Shown here: positions 53,916-64,000 of the stretch, in pieces | Layout of the letters: each line of letters opens with the position of its first letter | Numbering within the stretch: position 1 is the first letter of the stretch | From: the human T2T-CHM13v2.0 reference genome, Homo sapiens | Assembly (NCBI RefSeq): GCF_009914755.1 | Contig: NC_060925.1 | Strand: one strand, 5' to 3' | DNA: 64,000 bases | Notes under the pieces: model-generated | The model's input: only the letters and a program-made list of their open reading frames with translations | What the model was told of the DNA's origin: nothing | The model's database searches: none | Program-made: the position numbers and the translations under genes

Positions 53916-55174
53916 TTCCTCATTACTTTCATGATGATGAATTGTGTTCACATGATGATACATTGTTTCTACTGCATGATAATACACATGGCCTCTATTT
54001 TGCCTGATTAACTGAGATGTACTCTTTGGGGTAAATAAACAACAAGAAATAAACATTAGGCCTCAAAAGTATGTGCTTCACATAGCTTAGTGTGTAGTCT
54101 TAGAATAAAGCCTATTTAGGATTTTTCATAATAGGAGATTGTTTCAAGAGATTTAATCCTCTAGAGTGAACTCTTTTGACAAATTTCATTCTTCAAACAA
54201 TCATTTCTTGAATATCTACCATGTGTCAAGTACTATGATATTGGAGACACATCAATGAAAATCAACAAATTGTGATCCTTTTGTTGAATTAAAAGAAGGT
54301 ATATTGACAGGTGGGAAGAGAGTTGGTGAAGGGAAAGGCAGTAAATGAACAGCAATGCACAATATCCATGTGCCACTTTTATGTATGCATAATATATATA
54401 TGAATATGCATCACAGTTGAATACCAACTAGAATAAAACAGTGGTAATACATTTACTGACAACGGGATTGATGATGATCTTTAAATCATGTGTCATGCAA
54501 GAGCATAGAGCAAATAGTTACCACAATGTGGCTAGCTCATATATAATGTTGTTAGTCATTCTAACAACAACTGCATGATAAAAGTTGGCTTTTTGTTTAG
54601 TTCATATTTCAGAATGTCTAACCTTCCTGAATCCTCTCCTTTCCCAAATTTCCAATTAGTTCTAAAACTCCTAAGAGATGCCTCACTAATTCTTCAGAAT
54701 AAGTTCTCAAACTACCATGTACCACCTGCCATACTCCCTTCTCTGTCTGTTTCCCTTTAGTGATTTTCCTGTGAATACAAGTGAAGGTTCTTTATTGCAG
54801 CCACTGAGGTTGGACTACTTCCTGCTGCTGGTGTTGCCACCCAATGGTCCCTCTGGGCCACCCTGTGCTCCTGCTGTCCTGCAGAGGAGCTGCACTGCTC
54901 TGAGGAAGTAGAGAGACCCCTTCCCCCCTTTCCCTGAAAGAAGTGTATTTATGCCACTCTCTGCTACCAGGATCTTAAAGGAGGTTTGTCTTGCATTCCT
55001 AACTCCTCGGGGTGATTTCTTACTTGTACGCCACTTTTTTAAGATTCAGTCGTTTATGCAGGTTGTTGAAAATACCAGTTTTCCAAAAGACTTCATGCTT
55101 TCCTCCTGTCTTACTTGTCCCGAGTAAGACATTATATATGAGCTAGCCACAATGTGATAATTATTTGATGTATA

Positions 55175-55800
55175 GTTATCAGCAGGCAAGGATTAACTGC
55201 TGATGCTTTACTTGGGGAATCGGTTAGGGTGAGGAAGAAGGAAGGGAAGAAGAGAAGAAACAGGAAGCAATGTTGTGCTGGCCACGGCTTTGCAGTGATG
55301 GTAAAGAGACATGGCTGGGTATGCAGGAGCTATATCCAGTGGGAAGTTCTACAGATAGGCAGAAGTTTCATATTAAAAATTTCATATTAATAAATGATGC
55401 TTCAGAGCAGCCTGTGGGTGTGAGGAAGAAGAAGGAATTTATCTGGCCAGGTCTCAACCATTTCCTCTTTCCCATTGCCTTGTAGGGTATTAACTCCTCC
55501 CCCTTCTGGATTACATTAACACAATGGCTGCTGGGTGTCAGATGCTTGCATGTATCCTATGCCTGTGATGTACTGTTTATCCAAGTTTAAAAGTGGTGGG
55601 AAGAGACAGAAACTCTGGGCACATGAAAGTCAGCTGAGGGGGAGAACTTGGCATCGGCAAATAAAGAGGCTGCTCATCCCAGCAGGCGAGCCACAGGCCA
55701 AGTGGAGTTGGTAGGCTGTGGCAAAGCAAGGCAAAACAAAGAGTGAGGGCCTGGAAAGTGAAGATTCCAGGGTAATATTGGGAGATGCTTAGGATTTGTC
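55175..55800 (-). mobile_element. Possible ERVL LTR (LTR33-like) remnant
   Basis: gaaggaatttatctggcc...cccattg...gggtattaactcc block resembles recalled LTR33; heavily diverged. Confidence 0.35.
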
Positions 55801-57064
55801 AATTCACATTCAAGTCCCACCACTCACCCCTCCATCCCACTCTTTCCCCACAGTCTTGTGATCATTCAGAGTCCCCCAGCACTCTATAACTCAGCACAAG
55901 ACTTGGTTTACTTTGAGATTTGTGCTACATAAATATGTCCCATTTAATTTTGATGAAGTGTCAAGTCTGAATCAGTTATGAAGCCATTGACCATAACTTT
56001 TTTGTAAAACTAGAGTGCTAAAGTGAACAGAATAATATTTTTCAGGGACTTGTTATATATTTTCTTTAAAGATTGAAAAATGAATTATTTGACATCTCAT
56101 ATAATAATCAAGATGGTACAATGAAAACTGGTAATATAAATAACCTGGAAAAACTCACTTTCATTCCTGAACACCTCAGACTCCTTTAAAGAGAGGCAAA
56201 ATGGATGGCTAAATGTAAATAAACTAAAATAAAAACCACACATTTGGGGGGATGGGATTGTTTAGCTCACACAGTGGAATGAAAAGTGGTTTTTGTTTGT
56301 TTGGGTCATTTTGGTCTGTTTTATTGTTATGGTTTTAAGTTCTCCATGGTTAGAGCTCAAGTAATTTTCTTCTTTTCTATTATAAGTTGCTGGCAGGCTG
56401 GTAAAGATGTGATTTCATCCCAACGTTTGGAGAAAAAGATCTTCTTGTTCCATATTCAAATTAAAAATATCTGCCCACTTAAGAGATTGTCAGTGCCAGG
56501 GACAGGTTCCTTTTCAAGAATTTCCTTCCTAGACTTGGCCCTTCAACTTCCAAAATAACAATTGTTTTTCAGCTTTTCAAAAATCAAAATATTTACCAAC
56601 AGTGTTTGGTTTTATGATATTGCACCCCCTTCTTTAGCCTGTTGTAGTAGTTACATCAGACTGGCTGACACTGAGCTTGGGAAAAGCCAGAAGAAAACCT
56701 CTGTGGGCAAAGGAGAGAAGGAGAGAATATGTAAGAATGAGGAACAAGCCTTGACCATTTGACATACACATGCACATCAGAATTTCAAAAGAGGCTGCAA
56801 ACCCTGAGTATCCAAACAGAGAGGAAATGTTGTCAGTTGAAACACCCACACTTGGGTCTTTCTTAGAATATAATTCCTTTTAGCAAAAACTCTTTGTCAC
56901 TGCCTATTACGAAAAGTAACTTCTTGTTGCCATTCAATAAGGAGAAAACAACAATAAACACCTTCCAACGGAAAAGCAGCTTATTGGGAACAGTGCATAC
57001 TATTTGTTTTTGGCTAGGGTTCACTTTAAAAAAAACCAACAGGGTTTGACTTTTTAAATCCCTT

Positions 57065-57428
57065 AGTGTTGGCTGCTAATGGCTCACTGGTGATTCTCTC
57101 TCCAGGAGTTTCTCTAGGCTAAAGAGAATGGCCTTGCCAAAGGTTGTTCCCCTTGGGAGGGTGGAAGGCAGCACAGCCAAAGATGAATAATTATGTGGAT
57201 AGAAAGGACTAACCCCCTTGCCTCAGTTGGGCTGAGCTGGGGGGCAGGACTCCCCATGGGATCTGCTGAGGTCTTTGTTATGACTGCATCACATCTGAAC
57301 CTCTTGCTGTGCCCAGTCCTGCTTTCTTGGTTCTCTTACAGTTGTTTGTCCTCAAACATATTCCCCAATAAACTATTATATGCATCTCCATTTTAGGGTT
57401 TTTTTCCTGGTAATCCTGACCTATGAAA
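57065..57428 (+). mobile_element. ERVL LTR (LTR16-like)
   Basis: ccccttgcctcag...ctgtgcccagtcctgcttt...ccccaataaac...ttcctggtaatcctgacct. Confidence 0.55.
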
Positions 57429-57717
57429 GCCTTCTGGGTCTGGAATGCACATTAAAGCAAACACAAACCAACCAACCAACCAAAAACAAACAAAAAACGA
57501 ACAACGACAACAACAAAAACCCAACAATCTAAAAGCCAGGACACAGAAAACAATTAAAAACTAAAAAAACCCATTAATCTGCCCCATCATTTTAACACAG
57601 TAGCTCTAGTATTCTACAGAGAGATATCCAAAAGTGACACTCAGTACAAAATGGAACCCCATACACCCTAGGATTTTACTTTTAGAACCAAAATGAAGGT
57701 TGAGGAATCTTTTCACC

Positions 57718-58017
<300 letters not shown>

Positions 58018-58321
58018 TCACCAATCCCACCTTCATCCACCTCCATGTTACAGTTTAAAAGATAAATGAAGCTTAGAAAAAGTAAATAACTTAGTCATAG
58101 TCACCCAGCTATTTGAAAGATTAGGACTGAGTGCTGAATCCAAAACATCACTATAAAACATAGCACAGGTCATATCAAACTTTTGTTAAATTAAAAATGC
58201 TTTTATGATGCATACTATGTGCAATAAAGTGCTTAAGCCAGAAATGCTAGGTTCTCCCATCCCAATTTTAGAGTTAGTAATATATAACTACTACCTTTAA
58301 AAATATAATAAAAGAAATCTT

Positions 58322-58617
58322 GACTGGTTGCAGCCAACACTTTTGGAGGCCGAGGCGGTGGATCACCTGAAGTCAGGAGTTCGAGACCAGACTGGCCAAC
58401 GTTGCAAAACCCCATCTCTACTAAAAAAATACAAAAATTAGCCAGGCATGGTGGCACGCACCTGTAGTCCCAGCTTCTCGGGAGGCTGAGGCAGGAGGAT
58501 TGCTTGAACCCGGAAGGTGGAGGTGCAGTGAGCCAAGATCACACCAGTGTACTCCAGCCTGTGTGACAGAGCAAGACTCTGTCTCACAAAAAAAAAAAAA
58601 AAGAAAAGAAAAAAAAA
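58322..58617 (+). mobile_element. Alu (AluS) with a 5' internal deletion
   Basis: Missing tggctcacgcctgtaat (A-box region); TSD aaagaaatctt/aaagaactctt. Confidence 0.9.
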
Positions 58618-60055
58618 GAACTCTTAAATATCATACATAGAAACAAATATTATACTCTGCGTGAACTGAATCATGCTTGACTTCACTTATTTTAACCAAG
58701 TAGTGGCTTTTATACATTCACTTGAAACTGTTCACACAGTTTTAGGCAACACATCTTCTCTCTTTCTGCCATCCTGTCCTAATTTTAATTTAAATTTAAC
58801 CACATTACATAATAAATTGTTTATTTTATTTAAAAGGAACCATTTCAAGTATGCCTTACAGAGCCCTGAGAGCTCTTTTTCCCTCCAATCCAATTAGCTT
58901 GGTTTAGAAATGGGGATCTCAAAAACTGAAAGATAATTCAGTCACAAAAGGGAAAACCTTCCCCTCCATGATTCTGATCCACTACTCCCCACCCCGTCCA
59001 CCCCCAAAACCCCTGTCCTCCATCAAGAGGTTAAAGGACCATGGCCTTCTGTTTCATGAGATGGATTAACATTGCTGGGCTGCTCAGAAGGAGAAAGGAC
59101 TTTCCAAGCTGTAACATGCTGGACGTGTTGAGAGTGCATGGTAATGTAACACCATATTTTTTAATACAACTGACAGTCTGTCTTGAGATTTAAGTGTTTT
59201 TTGACAGTTTTTATGCACCTGTTAATTCAAAGCTCTTAACATATGCCAGTTAAAAAGAGCCAGGCACTAAAACATCTAGCTTTAGAGGCTAAATATGGCT
59301 CAGCTGCAATTCCAGGCAGGCAGGCAGGTGGAGGCAGGCAGGCAGGTGGAGGCAGGCACGCAGAGGCAGGCAGGCTGACGGAAACAATTCCTTCCTCCAA
59401 GATGGAAATCAGTTGTAGCTGCCTCTCTGTAACCTGAACAAACCATTTCTAGGTGGGGTGGTTGGGAACACCATTTTATTTCTCAAGGAACAGTTATCAG
59501 AACCAACTCGGGTCTTCAATGTGTTTGGTTACTCTGGATAGTGTTCTGTTGTGTTCAGATGGAGAATCGGGATTTGGAAAGACATTTATGTTCATCATGG
59601 ATGCTCAAGGTGGTACTTGAGCCTCCTTGGGCCTTAAGTCTGTTTAATATAGCTATCTATCTGTCCTCTGCTCCACATCACTCCTCCACACCCACCCACA
59701 CCCAGAAAAAGTGGGGGCAAATGCCCAAATTTTTCCAAAGCTGACTCCATGGTTTTTAAGGAATAAGGCCATGCATTTGCCTATAACACAAAGCAATATT
59801 TCTGGTATAAAAGAAATAATTCTTATGAACCTTAAATTAGGATGATTAAGGGATATTCATTTTAGCACTAGCCTCTGGCCAAAGGATAAATATCTCTCCA
59901 TGCGTTCTAAGGACCTTGTAGTCAAAGCGTTAAAGCAGGATAGGATGGAAGCTGAATAAGCATTTGCTTTTATTGTTCTCTGAGACTATCTGGAGCAAGG
60001 TGTGGATTTGATAGATTTCAAACATCTGGTACATTCCACTTTTGAGGTTCCAGAA

Positions 60056-60350
60056 CAATGCTGTTCAACAGAAATACAATGCAAGTTGCAAATGTAAACT
60101 ATATATGTAATGTAAAAATTTCTAGTAGCCACATTTTAAAAAGTGAAAAGAAACAGGTGAAGATAATTTTAACATGTGTTTATTTAACTCATATCCAAAT
60201 ATTATCATTTAAATGTGTAATCAACTAATGAGGTATCTCACATTTTTTTTGTGTGCTAAGTCTTTGAAATCCAAGGTCTATTTTGCACTTACGCACATCT
60301 CAGTGTGAACTAGCCACATTTCAATTTCTTGATAGCCACATATGGCAAGG
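60056..60350. mobile_element. MER33-like (hAT-Charlie) fossil
   Basis: gctgttcaacagaaatacaatgcaag...tttctagtagccacattttaaaaagtgaaaagaaacaggtgaa...tagccacatttcaa. Confidence 0.75.
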
Positions 60351-60709
60351 GCGGTTCTAAAATGTCAGCCATGAAAATATTCAAACAAATGAAAAATAAT
60401 ACTTAACGACCCTGAGCAATATTACTACAAGCCAGATAATGGCTAGGAGACTTGTAGAGAATTCAGCAGCTTTTTCTTTTCTTTTACCACCTATGATAGC
60501 ACATTTTTGCCCCTTGTTTAAATGTTCTTCCTGGCTTTACAGTGATGATCATCAGATTCAAAGTAAAGACCTATAGAAAAACAGAGTTATCAAAAAGTGA
60601 CATGAGTCACCTCACAGATGGAAAAATGAGTATTTGAGCAGAGTCTAAATGAAGATCTATAGAGTTGCTATGATGGATTCTGTACTATGTGATTCAGTAG
60701 CATAAGGCA

Positions 60710-60950
60710 GTATACACACAGCAGTTAAGAGCTTGGGATTTAGCCAAGAGGACCCGGGTTTGAATCTCATCTCCATTATTTGTGTAGTGGAATTTTTTTT
60801 TTTTTTTTTTTTTTTACCATTTTGAATCTTCATTCCCTCATCTGTAGAACAGAAATAAGTACTTCATAACATTGTAATGAGAAATAAATGAAATAATTTA
60901 TCTATGGCTCACACCACAATGCTAAAAAAATCATGGTATGATGATTATTA
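60710..60950 (+). mobile_element. MIR
   Basis: gcagttaagagcttggga...gggtttgaatctc...cctcatctgtagaacagaaataa...taaatgaaataat core. Confidence 0.6.
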
Positions 60951-62974
60951 TTACAGCGCAAAAACCTGTTTATGGATATTTGGTACTAAAGGTAAATTTC
61001 AGAGTAAGACATTTTTCATCATGTCTCCTATAACTTCTACAATTACACGACTCTCTCGTGATCTAATATAATAGCTATGGCATAGCAAGACCACCAATTA
61101 TCAAAGACAGCTGAAAACCGGACATTAGAATGATTTGCAACAAAATTGTTCACTGCAAAAATTGTTGTTTTGTTTTTAGGGTGGAAGAAACAATTAGCTT
61201 TTATTGAGTGTCAAGTTTTGTTTTGTTTTAATATTACCAAGCACTTTCTGTATCTTATCTTAAAACTTCCTTGATGTGGTGCTCATTTTAAAGGTAAGAA
61301 AATTGAAGTTCAGGGAAGTCAAGGAACACACAGCTAATATATCATGTAGTTAATTTGTGAATCCCAATCTGTCTCACTTTAATGCCCCTGCTATTTCCAA
61401 TACATAGGAGGGGCCAGATTTGACTTTCCCTTATCCAGAACTTTCAATCAGTAGTAGAAATTGATAGAAATGGTATTTCAGTCAATATTACACTACAAAC
61501 ATTATGGTGGACTGTGTTTAAGATGCATGTCCTTCAGCTATCACTGTCTATCCTGGAAAAGGGATTAGTGCTGTACCCCTGGATCATCGCTGTTGTCCAC
61601 ATCACAGCTGCTTTGACTTTGTCTTCTAACTGCACCACTCAGAGTTTTAGCCCTTTGAGGAGCTCACTTCTTATGTAAAAAAAAAAAAAAAAAAAAAAAA
61701 AAACTGGAAATGGGAACACAAATAGAACACGTATTTCAAGAGACTTCTCTCAAAGGCACAGAGAACTCAGACACTACACAAATGTTCTCAGGGGAAGAAT
61801 GGCAGTTACCCTAGAGGTGGGAGCCATCAACTTTCCAGGTGTGTCTATCCTAACACAACTTGGTTAAGGTTGACACATGGAGGCAGGAGGAGGAGTGGAG
61901 TGTCAAGGGAGAAGCACAGAAAATAGATGCTTGAATGCTACCCTTTTGTATAGTCATTACTGTCATGATTAAACAGTATCAATGCCTTTACAACACATCT
62001 ATCACAGAAGAAAACAAAAGTCTCTGGCAACTGTTCCGAGCATCTTTGCTTCATCAAATCTAGTTTCTGTAGAGTTGCAGGAAGGGGTCTAAATAAGAAT
62101 GTTCACACTGTTGCCTTAACTTTCAGAGCAGTTAAAATCTGCCAGTGCTTTGATGATAGGGCAGAGGGAAATAATTAAGTTCAGACTACCTTTGTATTTC
62201 TTACCCTGAAGGTATTCAATGAGTTTAAGCAAACTTCCCTGTTTCCCTTGTGTTTATTCATTCCAGAAGAACTGTTTCTACAAATTATATATAATTACTC
62301 ACTCCTGGTCAAAGGTGAGAGGGAAATTAGCATCACAATGGCAAGTTTTCTCTCTGGGTGTCGCCAGCTCACTAACTTCCATGGATGATTTGAGTGTGTT
62401 AAGCCCCTGCTTACTAGCAGGAAAGTTCAGCAGAGCCCATGAGTGAGGACAGCATTAACAATTCCTAATCATAGACAAGCATTTCAGACATTCATTACCA
62501 CACAAGCCATCAGTGGATTAGATCTAATAAGCCAAATGCTTGCAGACCTCAGCCTGGAGGCTGCTTAGACTACTCAAAGTAATGCAGAATCAAAATTGGC
62601 CCGCAGTGCGCTCCGCCTTCTTTTGAAACAACTGCTCTGCTTTTGTTGAAATGGACTGAATGAAACAAGCAGAATGGTCCCTATCTCCTTATAAGGGGGT
62701 GTTAGGAACTGAGTTGAACAACAATAGACTGACACATTTGGGGTTTAGTATTCTTTTTGGTTAGAGACCATAGGAAATGATGTAGTGTTTCAACTCAATA
62801 AAACATCTTAAAACTGAAAACTGCGTTGTTAGAGGAGGCAGACTTTGCGGGGGTGGAGGGGGGAAGTGGGGGAATAGGGATGATTTCTTCATGATTTAAA
62901 AGAAGGAAAATAACTCATCTTTTTCAGTAAGAAGAATTTGCAAAATATTCTTCCAGAAAAAAAATAAAAAACTA

Positions 62975-63001
62975 CACACACACACACACACACACACACA
63001 C
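62975..63001 (+). repeat. (CA)n microsatellite
   Basis: Read directly. Confidence 0.95.
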
Positions 63002-64000
63002 GAATCTCTGAGATAGTTGCCAAGTACTTCTCTGAAACCACGTGAATTTTTCTCTCGTGCATTTGTCAGCCTGACTCCAAACCATTTTATTCTTTCCTCA
63101 TTTCTCGTCTCTGTTCAGTCTGTTTTTGGTTAGTTGCTTCTTGGCATAGCTTCCGTTGGAGCTGAGAGTGCCTGTTCTTTTTTCTTCTTTTTTTCCTTTT
63201 CCTTTTCTTTTCTTTTTAAAAAACTTCTCTTTTGGTGTTCTTTCTTCTGGGCTCTATAGTGACTCTGCAAAAATTACCAAGATCAGAGCAAATAGAGTCT
63301 CTGGAGCCCACGCTGTCTGACTCCATCAAACCTGTATACAGCGTAGAAGGAGCCAGGCTCCAAAGAGTGGCACCGAGACATGTTTGGGAATAGAAATGCA
63401 TGCCGCCTTTGACCACTTCTCTGTGAGAGTCTGCAGCTTTCCCAAAACCTTCTTTGTGAACAGACTTACTCAACACTGCCATGTTGTGTGGAGGACTTCC
63501 CTCAGAAGAATCCTTTGAGTTACTTTTTAAGAATTAGTTTTTAGACACCCATAGAATAGAAGTTTCTATATTCATTTATTTACTGAACTATGTTATGTTT
63601 TATTGGAACTCTTTTTAACTGGCCTTGTCACAGTATGTTTTGACTTGTGGAAAAACGAAAAGTACAGTCACACTAGCTATGTAACCACATATAGCCCTAA
63701 AAAAATGCTTGCTTTTTCTAAATCTAAGCAAACAATTTTGCATCTATACCTTTGTATATATATGGAGTAAGTTTTAAAGGGCATCATGAATATTATTCTG
63801 TACTATAAAGTGAAACACACTGTCAGGGTACATCTTTGTCCTCATCCTTCTTGTTTGGGGAACTTGAATGGATTTAAGGTGGTGTTATTATTTTCACTAA
63901 TGTGTGATTAGACTTCAGAATGACTAACACCAGAAAATACTCATAAGTGTGCTTCAAATTAGCATGTAAGAAAAATAAGGCAAAGTCAATTTCTCTAACA

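Noticed and set aside
61677-61703. Poly(A) run as tail of a processed pseudogene
   Set aside because: No upstream poly(A) signal, recognisable body or TSD found.

Overview
Human (primate) genomic DNA containing the complete GORAB gene (golgin, RAB6-interacting; also SCYL1BP1/NTKL-BP1; gerodermia osteodysplastica gene, 1q24) on the + strand. Five coding exons can be reconstructed by hand: 8104/8179-8239, 15165-15522, 18447-18548, 20661-20801 and 27964-28411. All four introns are GT-AG and the frame is continuous, giving 394 aa from the first ATG or 369 aa from the second. The gene has a GC-rich CCAAT/GC-box promoter and three candidate 3' poly(A) signals. Upstream (1-7.5 kb) is an old L1 riddled with nested LTRs and Alus. 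Downstream (30-64 kb) is gene-free sequence (by prior knowledge the interval toward PRRX1) with a nested MaLR cluster, a full-length but dead ~6.5 kb L1PA7-like element with target-site duplication, many Alus, DNA-transposon fossils and microsatellites. I did not find a convincing wholly new biological system. The most interesting items are: GORAB's splice architecture (weak in-frame donors next to stronger frameshifting ones, an immediate-stop intron-4 read-through, and Alu-flanked exons 3-4 that would form a stop-free circle); a BC200-derived retrocopy in intron 2; an unexplained TA-flanked 45-bp inverted-repeat element with internal hairpins at 54.5-55.2 kb; and an unexplained 99-codon open frame at 31.3-31.6 kb. 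Repeat subfamily names come from recalled consensus sequences, and their boundaries are approximate unless a TSD is cited.
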